Assembly: GCA_025451235.1 (NCBI GenBank)
Contig: JANWKT010000013.1
Coordinates: forward strand, 2,260-66,259
Direction of reading: 5' to 3'
Source of the DNA: Flavobacteriales bacterium
Lineage (GTDB): Bacteria > Bacteroidota > Bacteroidia > CAIKAF01
Length of the DNA stretch: 64,000 nucleotides
The notes below the pieces were generated by a model. That model worked only from the letters and a program-made list of their open reading frames with translations, did not search any database and was not told the DNA's origin. Position 1 is the first letter of the stretch, and the number at the start of each line of letters is the position of its first letter. This document shows positions 1 to 9,912 of this stretch, in pieces. The position numbers and the translations under genes were made by a program.

Positions 1-1608
1 GCAGATGAAGCAGAGAAAAAACCTGTAACAACTGAAACTTTATTTCAAACAGGCTCCATAAGTAAATCATTAAACTCAATTGGCATTTTAAAATTAGCTC
101 AGGATAAAAAAGTTGACCTTAATACAGATATAAATACCTATTTGACTTCTTGGAAATTCCCTTACGATTCGATTTCAAAAGGTAAAAAAATAACCCTAGC
201 ACAAATACTTAGCCATAACGCAGGTTTATCAACGTTTGGTTTCCCGGGTTACAACATCAATGGCGCAATTCCTTCATTAGTGCAAATATTGGATGGAAAA
301 GCACCGGCCATTACAGCTATAAGGCTTCAGGGTGTAGGTATTGTATTCATACCTGCTGTGCGGAGTGTGTTTGAACCTGGTTTGAAATGTGAATATTCAG
401 GAGGAGGTATTACAATTTCGCAATTATTGCTTACAGATGTTACTAAGCAAGCCTACGATGTTTGGATGTATGAGAATGTTTTAAAACCAATTGGCATGGT
501 AAATAGTTTTTATACGCAACCGCCCCCAAAAACTAAGCAACATTTATGCGCAACCGGTTATTATCGAGACGGCTCGCCTGTTTTAAATAAATTCCAGTAT
601 GTGCCTGCAGGAGCTGGAGGTTTATGGATGACACCAAGCGATCTTTGCAATTATATTATTGATATGCAAATGGCTTATCAGGACAAAAAACCATCTAAAA
701 TATTGAACTCTGAAATGGTAAAACTTCATTTAACACCTTATAATAACGGCCCAACATCTATGGGTTCTTTCATTGAAGATCATAATGGGGCAAAATATTT
801 TCAACATGCTGCAGGTGGTGGCGGTTCGTGTGGACAGTTTTATGGCAGCTTAGATGGAGGAGATGGTGTCGTGGTTTTTTTGAATAGCCAGGATGGAACC
901 CTTTTACAAGAAGTTATCAATAGTGTGGCCAAAGCGTACGACTGGAAGAATTTTTATCGCGAACCGCAAAAGAGAAAAAGTGAAAAAACTATAGACGTTC
1001 CCGATAGCGTTTTAAAAACCTACGAAGGTATTTATTTATTTAATAACATAGATTGGGCAGGTATAGGAAAAAGAAATAATGAATATCATTTCTATTCTTT
1101 TAATACATATGCAAAAATGCACTATACCACACCCAGCCGTTTTTTTAATGAAGAATTCCCTTCGGTAAAAGAATTTTTAAAAGATGCCAAAGGAAACATT
1201 ATCGGTTATACCCGAACTATAGATGGTAAGGAATTTTCAAATGCCACAAAAATTATATGCCCTGATACACTCAGGTTGGAGAGTGGAGTGCTTGCTGATA
1301 TTGGATGGTATTTGTTTGAAAGGGAAAAATACAAGGAGTCCCTTACTTATTTCAAACGAGGTGCGCAGTTATACCCTGAGGATCTCAATATATTAATCAG
1401 TTTGGCGCATTTGTATTTGTATAACAACGATTATAAAAACGCTATGGCTATTTACAAAGCGCATTTAAAAGATGTCTTTATTTCCGATTGCAGCTGGGAG
1501 AATATGATGCAGAATGATCTCATTTATTTGAAAGAGCATCATTATAATGTAGAGATGTTTGATAAAGTTTTTGCAGAGTTAAAGATCGAAAAGCCAAATG
1601 GATATTAA
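1..1608 (+). CDS. Serine hydrolase (beta-lactamase/AmpC-like family) with C-terminal TPR; 5' end lies outside the window
   Basis: Frame 1 is open from base 1 (ADEAEKKPVTTETLFQTGSISKS, SxxK motif). Also ILSHNAG, EYSGGG and GGLWMTP motifs, and a TPR-like tail (ESLTYFKRGAQLYPED...LAHLYLY). Confidence 0.85.
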   Translation, partial: ADEAEKKPVTTETLFQTGSISKSLNSIGILKLAQDKKVDLNTDINTYLTSWKFPYDSISKGKKITLAQILSHNAGLSTFGFPGYNINGAIPSLVQILDGKAPAITAIRLQGVGIVFIPAVRSVFEPGLKCEYSGGGITISQLLLTDVTKQAYDVWMYENVLKPIGMVNSFYTQPPPKTKQHLCATGYYRDGSPVLNKFQYVPAGAGGLWMTPSDLCNYIIDMQMAYQDKKPSKILNSEMVKLHLTPYNNGPTSMGSFIEDHNGAKYFQHAAGGGGSCGQFYGSLDGGDGVVVFLNSQDGTLLQEVINSVAKAYDWKNFYREPQKRKSEKTIDVPDSVLKTYEGIYLFNNIDWAGIGKRNNEYHFYSFNTYAKMHYTTPSRFFNEEFPSVKEFLKDAKGNIIGYTRTIDGKEFSNATKIICPDTLRLESGVLADIGWYLFEREKYKESLTYFKRGAQLYPEDLNILISLAHLYLYNNDYKNAMAIYKAHLKDVFISDCSWENMMQNDLIYLKEHHYNVEMFDKVFAELKIEKPNGY

Positions 1609-1726
1609 GTGCTAGTAACTGCAGTAGGCTACCCGAGCATCTTAAAATGCTCTTAATCTTTATGGATTTTCAATGGCTTTGTTATCTTTATTATTAAATA
1701 ACCGTTTTTAACATAAGAGCTTATAA

Positions 1727-2293
1727 ATGAAAAGGCAATTCGCGTTATTTCTATTTTTTACAATGAGCATCAAATTACTTGTTGCCCAAACTTGCGGTTG
1801 CAGCATGATCCCTCTTGATGACGAGTTGAAAGGATATAATTTCATAATTATAGGCACTGTGATAGCTAAACAATCTTACTTTCCTTCGGATAGCTTGAAA
1901 TTAGTGTTTCCTTGTCGTGATACAACCAAATGGGAGAAAATTAAAACAAGTTTGCAAATCACAAAAAACACAGTTGTTGTGAAAAAGAAATTTAATAAAG
2001 TTTATATCAATCCCAATCCTGAAAAAAGAGATAGACTTCCAGACACCTTAGTTGTATATTCTGGCGGAGATTGTGAAAATACATTCGAAATCTCCCAAAA
2101 ATATATCATATATGGTTATTTGACTAATATATCAAAATATTCATGCGATGATATTCGTTGGCCAGTGAATGAAACTATACCAATAACTAACAGATGTACT
2201 CGAACCAAGGAATACAGCAAAAAGGAAATGAGATTTCTTAAAAAGAAGAAAATGTATTTGGGTATAAATAGAACACTTAAGTATTTTAAATAA
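1727..2293 (+). CDS. Exported hypothetical protein, TIMP/NTR-like fold suspected
   Basis: Signal peptide followed by CGC, then IIIGTV, GGDC..F...KYIIYG and RCTRT, which is the Cys pattern of bacterial TIMP-like proteins. Confidence 0.5.
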   Translation: MKRQFALFLFFTMSIKLLVAQTCGCSMIPLDDELKGYNFIIIGTVIAKQSYFPSDSLKLVFPCRDTTKWEKIKTSLQITKNTVVVKKKFNKVYINPNPEKRDRLPDTLVVYSGGDCENTFEISQKYIIYGYLTNISKYSCDDIRWPVNETIPITNRCTRTKEYSKKEMRFLKKKKMYLGINRTLKYFK

Positions 2294-2304
2294 CAATTAA
2301 ATAA

Positions 2305-2521
2305 ATGAGAATCACATTTCTAATAAGTTATTTCAGCATTTGGTTTTGCTTACCAGTGATTGAAAATTTACAATCAACTTGGGCAACTTATTAGGTTAAC
2401 TTCCAATATAACTGAAAGCAAAGTTGAAATCGTTAGAAATAACCTTCCATCTGGACTATATTATTTTCAATTACTGACAGAGAATAGAATTATTGGAACT
2501 GGCGTACTGATCTTTGATTGA
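2305..2521 (+). pseudogene. Remnant of a T9SS cargo gene: signal-like start plus an out-of-frame C-terminal sorting domain
   Basis: ATG at 2305 gives MRITFLISYFSIWFCLPV. Another frame, 2360-2521, reads LKIYNQLGQLIRLTSNITESKVEIVRNNLPSGLYYFQLLTENRIIGTGVLIFD*, preceded by an in-frame TGA. Confidence 0.65.
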
Positions 2522-2681
2522 TCTAGTACATTACCCAACTCCCATTGCAAATATGCCCAGTTTGTAGGACTTTCTTAAGTTTTTTGTAGCAGACGCTTGG
2601 CCGTTTTATAAAAAGATACGACTCACTTTCATGGTGGTTTAAATTAAATTCCCGATATTTATATACCCAACAACGCAAAAC

Positions 2682-3890
2682 ATGAAAAAACCAATTCTGC
2701 TTCCCCTAATAATGATCTTTGTACTTAGTACAAAAATGATAAATGCCCAATGGCAGCCCACGGGTCTTGCCGGTCAATCTATTTATGCGCTTGCTTCGGA
2801 TGGGACCAATATTTTTGCAGGGGTTTTCAATAGTGGGGCATATTTATCCACCAACAATGGAAGTAACTGGAATCCGGTGAATACCGGTTTACCCACGTTT
2901 AATTTTAATCGTTATATCGCTTCATTTGCAATTAGTGGGACCAATGTTTTTCTGGGAACTGCGGGTTCTTCCGGTTCAGGTGTGTATCTATCCACCAATA
3001 ATGGAACGAATTGGACGGCAGTAAATACAGGTTTAACAAACCTTAAGGTGATCGCACTTGCTATCAGCGGGACCAATGTTTTTGCCGGAACCAATGGAGG
3101 TGGTGTATTTTTATCTACCAATAATGGAACGAATTGGACAGCCGTGAACACGGGCTTAACCAATGCTACCGTAGGTTCGTTGGCCATTAGTGGAACCAAT
3201 ATTTTTGCAGGAACGACAGCAGGGGTATTTTTATCTACCAACGATGGAACGAATTGGTCTGAAGTGAATACCGGCCTCACCACCTTAAACACCTATTCAT
3301 TAGCCGTTAGTGGATCAAATATTTTTACAGGGACGAACGGCGGAGGTGTGTTTTTATCCACCAATAATGGAACGAATTGGACCTCGGTAAACACTGGTTT
3401 GACAAATCTTCAGGTGAATTCATTGGCCATCAGCGGAACGAATATCTTTGCCGGGACCAATGGGGGAGGCGTATTTTTGTCTACCAACAATGGAACTAAC
3501 TGGACTGCCGTGAACACAGGCTTGACCGGTCTTAATGTTACGAAGTTGGCTATCAGTGGGACCTACATTTTTACAGGCATTGATCTGGGTGGAGCTTGGA
3601 AACAACCTTTAGCAAATTTTGTAGGCCAGGAGGACTACGAGGCCACTTATTTAACAGTAGCTCCCAATCCTTTTTCCTCCTCAACAACTTTGAGGACCGA
3701 CAAAATTTTCGAAGATGCAACATTGACCGTTTACAATACATTCGGTCAGCAAGTAAAACATATAAAAAATATTTCAGGACAGACTATCATTTTACAACGT
3801 GATCATTTACCAAGCGGACAATACTATCTCCAACTTATCCAGGATAACAAAATATTTTCGTTAGAAAAGCTGCTCATCACTGACAATTGA
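2682..3890 (+). CDS. T9SS type A sorting-domain protein with BNR/Asp-box (beta-propeller) repeats
   Basis: Signal peptide; six ~38-43 aa repeats GVFLSTNNGTNWTAVNTGL; CTD with VAPNPF...VYNTFGQ...LPSGQYYL...KLLI. Confidence 0.9.
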   Translation: MKKPILLPLIMIFVLSTKMINAQWQPTGLAGQSIYALASDGTNIFAGVFNSGAYLSTNNGSNWNPVNTGLPTFNFNRYIASFAISGTNVFLGTAGSSGSGVYLSTNNGTNWTAVNTGLTNLKVIALAISGTNVFAGTNGGGVFLSTNNGTNWTAVNTGLTNATVGSLAISGTNIFAGTTAGVFLSTNDGTNWSEVNTGLTTLNTYSLAVSGSNIFTGTNGGGVFLSTNNGTNWTSVNTGLTNLQVNSLAISGTNIFAGTNGGGVFLSTNNGTNWTAVNTGLTGLNVTKLAISGTYIFTGIDLGGAWKQPLANFVGQEDYEATYLTVAPNPFSSSTTLRTDKIFEDATLTVYNTFGQQVKHIKNISGQTIILQRDHLPSGQYYLQLIQDNKIFSLEKLLITDN

Positions 3891-3917
3891 TCATGTTGGG
3901 ATACAAAATTTAAGAAC

Positions 3918-4331
3918 ATGAAAGAGCTGATCTTATTACGTGGCTTGCCAGGTTCAGGCAAATCAACCCTGGCAAGAGTTCTGGCAGGAGAAGATCATCC
4001 TGTACTCAGTGTGGACGATTATTTTACCGACCCAAATGGAAATTACCATTTTGAGTCGGACAAAAACCACCTGGCCTATCAACAATGTGAGCAAAAATGT
4101 GCCGATGAAATGAGAAAAGGAACAACCAAAATTTTTGTACCTAATACCTTTACCATCGCTTGGGAGATCGAACCTTACCTGAAAATGGCAGCGGAATACG
4201 ATTACCGGGTACACGTGGTAACCGTAGAGAATTATCATGGGAACTTCAATATACATGATATAACACAGGAACAACTCCAAAAAATGGCCGAAAAATATAA
4301 AGTAAAGCTTTTTGCAGATTCCATATCATGA
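3918..4331 (+). CDS. P-loop kinase (AAA_33 / N4BP2-like polynucleotide kinase family)
   Basis: LILLRGLPGSGKST Walker A, SVDDYF and NTF motifs, and a terminal NIHDI motif. Confidence 0.8.
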   Translation: MKELILLRGLPGSGKSTLARVLAGEDHPVLSVDDYFTDPNGNYHFESDKNHLAYQQCEQKCADEMRKGTTKIFVPNTFTIAWEIEPYLKMAAEYDYRVHVVTVENYHGNFNIHDITQEQLQKMAEKYKVKLFADSIS

Positions 4332-4957
4332 CCGATATTCATTATCTCAACCACCTAAGAATTCCTACCGTTGAGGATCCTTTAAGGATCCTGGTGAGTG
4401 CTTGTTTAACCGGCATCATGTGTGGAGTTGATGGAGACAATTACGGAGAATATCCTTCGGTACTCAAACTCATGAAATATAAAAATGTTCAGCTCATTCC
4501 GTTTTGTCCGGAAGACCATTCCTTTGGAACACCTAGAGAAATGTGTGATATACATGGTGGAACAGGCGTGGATGTGTTGAGCGGGAAGGCAAAAGTTTTA
4601 ACCGAATCCGGAGTCGATTGGACAGCAGGCATGATCAATGCTTCTGAAAAAATGTTGGAAATAGCTATTCAAAAGAAAATTGAATTAGCAGTGATGATGG
4701 ATATCAGTGCAGCTTGTGGAAGCCAGGTGATCTATGACGGGAACCGGCTGGTAGAAGATAAAAAATACCAGATCGGGATGGGTGTATGTGCAGCACAATT
4801 ATTCCGGGCAGGATTTAAAGTGATCAGTCAAAGGGATTTTGCTGCGTTAGAGATCCTCTATTCAAAAATCGATCCGGAACATGTTGTTAATCCTCAGGCC
4901 AATGACCATGACCAGCATGAATGGTATCTTGAATATTTTAAGAAAAGTGGAGAATAG
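4328..4957 (+). CDS. DUF523 family protein (2-thiouracil desulfidase TudS-like, Fe-S)
   Basis: ILVSACLTG, FCPE...GTPRE and SAACGS...IYDG...GMGV motifs; ATGA overlap with the upstream kinase. Confidence 0.8.
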   Translation: MTDIHYLNHLRIPTVEDPLRILVSACLTGIMCGVDGDNYGEYPSVLKLMKYKNVQLIPFCPEDHSFGTPREMCDIHGGTGVDVLSGKAKVLTESGVDWTAGMINASEKMLEIAIQKKIELAVMMDISAACGSQVIYDGNRLVEDKKYQIGMGVCAAQLFRAGFKVISQRDFAALEILYSKIDPEHVVNPQANDHDQHEWYLEYFKKSGE

Positions 4958-4960
4958 GTT

Positions 4961-6115
4961 CTACTTCAACAAAATGGTCAACTGGTTTTCCAGTTCAGGT
5001 CCATGTAAATTCTTGGCAACGATCTTTCCATTCTGGTCGATCAAAATATTATAGGGAATAGAACTTACATTGTATAGTTTGGCCGGAGCTGCATCCCAAT
5101 ATTTCAGGTCAGAACCATGTTGCCAAACCAATCCATCGTCTTTAATGGCTTTTACCCAGGCATCTTTTTGCTGATCAAGACTTACGCCGAAGATGGTAAA
5201 TCCTTTGCTCTTGAATTTATTATAAGTGGCTACTACATTTGGGTTTTCCATTCTGCAAGGTCTGCACCAGCTGGCCCAGAAATCGATCAATACATATTTA
5301 CCCCTGAAATCTTTCAGGGAAATATCTTTATCCTCGGGAGTTTTCACGGTAAAATCAGGAGCCACTGTACCGGGTGCTAAGAAACTCAGTTGTTCCACTC
5401 TTTTGCTCAGGTTGATCACCCATCCATTGGTAGGGAATTTCTTCATGAGAGATTCATTGATCTTTTTATAGATATCGAGATCGGCATCCGGATTTAAAAA
5501 TGGAAGTGCTTGCAATACCACAAAATTTTCAGAATGGGTCAACGCAAATTCCCTCATATAGGTGGCTCTCTTTTTGGTAACATCATCAAAGATCATTTGG
5601 CCTTCCTGCTGGTTGAATTTATCCGGGGTTTCCTGGTAGATCTTGTTCAACGAGTCAATGGTTTTTTCTCCTTTGAGGATATATGCATTGATCTCTTGTA
5701 AAAGGTCGGTTTCTTTACTTCCACTGATCTTAAAATCGCTGTTCATAGCTTTCCCATCCGCCTCGATCGTTAGTTTTTCACTGGAATCGCTGATGAAAAC
5801 AATTACATTCGCCGGCGACGCATACATATTGGAAGCTTGTTCCTTTCCCAATCGCAAGCGGTAATAGTTGATCCGGCGTGCTGGCTTGTTGATGGTGAAG
5901 GACCCGTCCTTTTTTATTTTAACGGAGTCGATCAATACGATCTTCTCTGGGGTGAGCTCTTCGAAATACAAGGTTTGTTCTTCTCCGTTCTTAATCGTGC
6001 CGGAAATATAATTACTTCCACCACCTTTTCCGGTAGATCCGCAACCTGCGATCAGAAGGGCTGCAACAGCCATCAACCCGAATTTTTTTACCATAACTGT
6101 TCTCATTTTATACAT
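4961..6115 (-). CDS. TlpA/ResA-family thiol-disulfide oxidoreductase lipoprotein with N-terminal DUF4369-like domain (true start may be 6106 or 6094)
   Basis: Lipobox LIAGC; DFWASWCRPCRMENP; GVSLD. Confidence 0.9.
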   Translation of the reverse strand: MYKMRTVMVKKFGLMAVAALLIAGCGSTGKGGGSNYISGTIKNGEEQTLYFEELTPEKIVLIDSVKIKKDGSFTINKPARRINYYRLRLGKEQASNMYASPANVIVFISDSSEKLTIEADGKAMNSDFKISGSKETDLLQEINAYILKGEKTIDSLNKIYQETPDKFNQQEGQMIFDDVTKKRATYMREFALTHSENFVVLQALPFLNPDADLDIYKKINESLMKKFPTNGWVINLSKRVEQLSFLAPGTVAPDFTVKTPEDKDISLKDFRGKYVLIDFWASWCRPCRMENPNVVATYNKFKSKGFTIFGVSLDQQKDAWVKAIKDDGLVWQHGSDLKYWDAAPAKLYNVSSIPYNILIDQNGKIVAKNLHGPELENQLTILLK

Positions 6116-7559
6116 CTAGTTTTTTCTTTAAGATCTCTGTAGCCACTTTAGGATCTGCTTTTCCTCCCGAAGCTTTCATTACTTCACCCATGAACATTCC
6201 CAACAAACCTTTCTTACCTTCTTTATACTCCATCACCTTGGCAGGGAATTTAGCCAATACTTCATCTACCAGCGGCTCTATGGCCGAACTGTCGGATTCC
6301 TGGATCAGGTTCAATTGTTGGGCAATGGTAAGTGGGTCGGCCGTTGGATTTTTAACGATCTCCACAAAAATTTGTTGTGCAGCTGAACTACTTACTTTGC
6401 CGCTATCGATCAATGCGATCATATCAGCGATCGTAGTAGGTTTTACTTCAAACCTCTTAATATCCAATCCATTTTCATTCAGGTACGATTTAATATGTAC
6501 CATCATCCAGTTAGAGGCCGCTTTTACATTGGTGGTATGTTGAATGATCTCTTCAAAATACAATGCTTCATATTTATTATCCGTGAGGATATATGCATCG
6601 TATTCAGGTAACTTTAATTCCTGGGTATATTTTCTAAAAAGCTCATCCGGTAAAGGAGGCATGGTGGACTTGATCTCTGCAATTTTTTCCTGTGTAATAA
6701 AAATAGGAGGGAGGTCTGGTTCTGGAAAATACCTATAGTCATGCGCCGATTCTTTGCTTCGCATGGCACTGGTAGTTCCGGTAGCTGCGTCAAAATTCCT
6801 GGTTTCCTGAACAATGGTCTCTCCTCTTTCCACACAATCTATCTGCCTTTTCATTTCATGTTCAATGGCCTTTTGCACATGTCGCATGGAATTCATATTC
6901 TTTACCTCCACTCTTTTGCCATAGGTCGTGGCTCCTTTTAATCTTACGGATATATTGGCATCACAACGCAAGGATCCTTCTTCCATGTTTCCATCACAAA
7001 TTTCTAGATGGCGGACGATCTTGCGTATTTCGGTTAGGTAATTATAAGCTTCTTTCGAGGTCCGGATATCCGGTTTGGATACGATCTCTACCAGGGGAAC
7101 ACCGGCACGGTTCAAATCGATCAAGGTATCATAAGGGTCCTGGTCGTGCATGGATTTTCCTGCATCCTCTTCTACATGGATCCTTTCCAGCTCTATCTTT
7201 TTATCCTTTCCGTTGTCATCCTTGATGATCACATAGCCATTGTTGCAAATAGGGGTTTTATCCTGGGTGATCTGATAACCTTTGGGTAGATCCGCGTAGA
7301 AATAATTTTTACGGGCAAATTGGTTTTCATACCGGATATCACATTTTAATGCCAGCCCAAGTAAAATAGCATATTCCAGTGTCTTCTCGTTCATAACGGG
7401 TAAGGCTCCGGGTAAACCTAAAGAAGTAGGGCTGGTATGCGTATTCGGATTTCCACCATATTCGGCAGAATCGGCAGAATAAGCCTTGCTTTGGGTCAAT
7501 AGCTGGGCATGCACTTCAAGCCCAACGATCAACTCATATTTATCATATACGTCTTGCAT
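6108..7559 (-). CDS. gatB: Asp-tRNA(Asn)/Glu-tRNA(Gln) amidotransferase subunit B
   Basis: IVGLEVHAQL, RKNYFYADLPKGYQITQ, EEDAGK, GSLRCDANIS and YRYFPEPDLPP motifs; start set at MQDVYDKY. Confidence 0.97.
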   Translation of the reverse strand: MQDVYDKYELIVGLEVHAQLLTQSKAYSADSAEYGGNPNTHTSPTSLGLPGALPVMNEKTLEYAILLGLALKCDIRYENQFARKNYFYADLPKGYQITQDKTPICNNGYVIIKDDNGKDKKIELERIHVEEDAGKSMHDQDPYDTLIDLNRAGVPLVEIVSKPDIRTSKEAYNYLTEIRKIVRHLEICDGNMEEGSLRCDANISVRLKGATTYGKRVEVKNMNSMRHVQKAIEHEMKRQIDCVERGETIVQETRNFDAATGTTSAMRSKESAHDYRYFPEPDLPPIFITQEKIAEIKSTMPPLPDELFRKYTQELKLPEYDAYILTDNKYEALYFEEIIQHTTNVKAASNWMMVHIKSYLNENGLDIKRFEVKPTTIADMIALIDSGKVSSSAAQQIFVEIVKNPTADPLTIAQQLNLIQESDSSAIEPLVDEVLAKFPAKVMEYKEGKKGLLGMFMGEVMKASGGKADPKVATEILKKKLDV

Positions 7560-7619
7560 AATTCCGTAAGGGGGCAAAGATGCAAAAAAACAGGGTGAAA
7601 AAGAAATGGGATAAAGGCC

Positions 7620-7627
7620 TATCTTTG
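7620..7627 (+). promoter_or_regulatory. Bacteroidota sigma-ABfr -7 box
   Basis: TATCTTTG matches TAnnTTTG, 8 nt before the ATG at 7636. Confidence 0.55.
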
Positions 7628-7635
7628 GGTTGTTT

Positions 7636-9189
7636 ATGTACTCTTTAACCATCCGTCATAAGTTATTTTCATGGGTCTTTTTTGCGGCTTTGGTTGCCCT
7701 TTGCTTATTTATTTATAAGGATTATGGAATGAGCTGGGACGAACCTATTCAGCATGAAATAGGCCAGGAAGCTTATAAATATATTCATCATCAAGACAAC
7801 GAGTACCTCCAGATGAAAGACAAGGTATATGGAGTGGTGTTCGAGTTAGGATTGATCTATACAACCAACCTCCTGGGTTTGGAAGAAGAAAGGGAGATCT
7901 TTCACTTCCGCCATTTTGCGTATTTCCTTCTTTTTGCCTTTGCCTGCTTTGTTTTTTTTAGGCTTAATTTAAAACTATTTAAGAATGTATGGATCGCTTT
8001 AATAGCTACCCTGGCCTTGGTACTCTGTCCGAGGATCTTCGGCCATGCGTTTATCAATCCCAAGGATGTTCCCTTTTTGAGCATGTATATCATTAGTTTC
8101 CATGCCTTTCATAATTACTTGCTGAAACCCGGTTATAAAACCTTGCTCATTACTGCTATTTGTATCGGCCTGCTCATCAATTTCAGGATCATGGGGGTGG
8201 TTTTACTGGGCACGGTTTTGTTTTTTATTACATGGTTATGGATAAAAGAAAAAAAGAAAAAATATTTTTTTCATTTGCTTACTTTTTCCTTCTCTGCAGT
8301 TTTAGTAACCTATACGGTTTGGCCCTATTTATGGAATGATCCGTTGAACAATTTTGCAGAAGCTTTTTCATCCATGTCTAAATTTCCATGGGATGGAGAA
8401 ATGCTGTTCAATGGGAAAGTGATCCGGGCTGGAAAATATCCGGTGGCCGATTATTTTTTTACCTGGATAACGATTTCCGTTCCCCTCTTGTATTTATTCA
8501 TTGGATTGGCAGGTATGCTTAGCTTCCTGGTACGATCAGCTGCGAAACCCAGGAAGGTATTCGATAGTCCGCAGAAAATAATGGGCTGGACATTCATCCT
8601 GAGTTCAGTGGGACCCTTGATGGCAGTGATGGTATTGCAATCTACCTTATATGATGATTGGAGGCAACTTTACTTTATATATCCTGGATTTATTGTTTTT
8701 GTAGGCTATGCATTTTTCTATTTACGTGAATGGAAACCTCGTCTTGCCAGGATAGGGATGTTGGTATGTTTTGCTTATTTTATTTTGATCGGTTATCGGA
8801 TGTATCAGCTACATCCTTATGAGCATGTATATTTCAGTGAAGCCATTTCGCACCAGGAAAATTATTTACAGCATCATTACGACCTTGATTATTGGGGAAC
8901 CAGCTTTTATGAAGGGTTGTCGTATATAGCCAAAACCGACCCCTCGGATACCATCCCTATTTTTGTTTTTCATGAACCTTTGCGAAAAAACAGTATGTTA
9001 TTACCTTTAAAGGATCGTAAACGTTTTATATTTTCAAAAACAATGACGGTTGAAAGAGCAAAATATTATCTGACCACCTATAGGTATGATTATCCGGACC
9101 TCATTGGAACTGCCAATTTTGGCAAGATCTATTATGAGGTGAAAAGACAAAACAGTGTTATTTTAAAAGTCTGGACGCATCAGGAATGA
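7636..9189 (+). CDS. GT-C fold membrane glycosyltransferase (ArnT/PMT_2, GT39/83-like)
   Basis: Many TM helices; DYGMSWDE motif after TM1; PRIFGHAFINPKDVPF; DLDYWG. Confidence 0.8.
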   Translation: MYSLTIRHKLFSWVFFAALVALCLFIYKDYGMSWDEPIQHEIGQEAYKYIHHQDNEYLQMKDKVYGVVFELGLIYTTNLLGLEEEREIFHFRHFAYFLLFAFACFVFFRLNLKLFKNVWIALIATLALVLCPRIFGHAFINPKDVPFLSMYIISFHAFHNYLLKPGYKTLLITAICIGLLINFRIMGVVLLGTVLFFITWLWIKEKKKKYFFHLLTFSFSAVLVTYTVWPYLWNDPLNNFAEAFSSMSKFPWDGEMLFNGKVIRAGKYPVADYFFTWITISVPLLYLFIGLAGMLSFLVRSAAKPRKVFDSPQKIMGWTFILSSVGPLMAVMVLQSTLYDDWRQLYFIYPGFIVFVGYAFFYLREWKPRLARIGMLVCFAYFILIGYRMYQLHPYEHVYFSEAISHQENYLQHHYDLDYWGTSFYEGLSYIAKTDPSDTIPIFVFHEPLRKNSMLLPLKDRKRFIFSKTMTVERAKYYLTTYRYDYPDLIGTANFGKIYYEVKRQNSVILKVWTHQE

Positions 9190-9911
9190 AATATACATCT
9201 GTCATCATTATTCCCTGCTACAATGAATATGCACGGTTGCCGGTGGATAGTTTTATCGACCATTTAAAACTCCACCCTCATCATGCCTGCTGTTTTGTAA
9301 ACGACGGAAGTACGGATAAAACCAAGGAACTGTTGAACACCATTCAAGCTGAATGTTCCAATGCCCGTATCGTTAGTTTGGGTAAAAACGCCGGTAAAGC
9401 GTCAGCAGTAAAACATGGGATGGATGATGCTCTCCAACATATAGAAGCTGATTTCTACGGTTATATGGATGCAGACCTGGCTACTCCCTTGTCGTTTATT
9501 TCGGTGATGGAGGAAGCATTGAAAAAAGACCAGCATATATGCATGATCTTTGGATCAAGACAATTGGCGGAGAAACAATCGGTAGAAAGAAAAAAATTCA
9601 GGCACTTAGCAGGTAGGTTTGTTTCAGGTATGATCAATTGGACGCTGGGTAAAAAATATGGAGATACCCAATGCGGAGCCAAATTATTTACAAAAGAAGG
9701 AGCCCAGCTGGGTTTCAGTCAACCGTTTATTTCATCCTGGATCTTCGATGTGGAGATCATCAAGAGATTGCAGCTTCAAATAAAAAAGGGGGATGAAAAG
9801 ATCAAAGAAATTCCAGTAAGTCAGTGGAAGGATGTTGGGAACAGTAAAGTAAGCAGCTCCTATTTTATAAAAATGTGTTGGGAGATCGTTCGGATCAAAA
9901 AAATGAAATAG
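9186..9911 (+). CDS. GT2 polyprenyl-phosphate glycosyltransferase (Dol-P-Glc synthase-like)
   Basis: IIPCYNE, VNDGSTD, NAGKASAV, DADLATP, DTQCGAKLF and WIFDVE motifs. Confidence 0.9.
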   Translation: MKYTSVIIIPCYNEYARLPVDSFIDHLKLHPHHACCFVNDGSTDKTKELLNTIQAECSNARIVSLGKNAGKASAVKHGMDDALQHIEADFYGYMDADLATPLSFISVMEEALKKDQHICMIFGSRQLAEKQSVERKKFRHLAGRFVSGMINWTLGKKYGDTQCGAKLFTKEGAQLGFSQPFISSWIFDVEIIKRLQLQIKKGDEKIKEIPVSQWKDVGNSKVSSSYFIKMCWEIVRIKKMK

Positions 9912-9912
9912 G

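Noticed and set aside
2800-3570. Regularly spaced DNA repeats that could be mistaken for a CRISPR array
   Set aside because: They are in-frame BNR/Asp-box protein repeats with synonymous variation; there are no unique spacers or cas genes.
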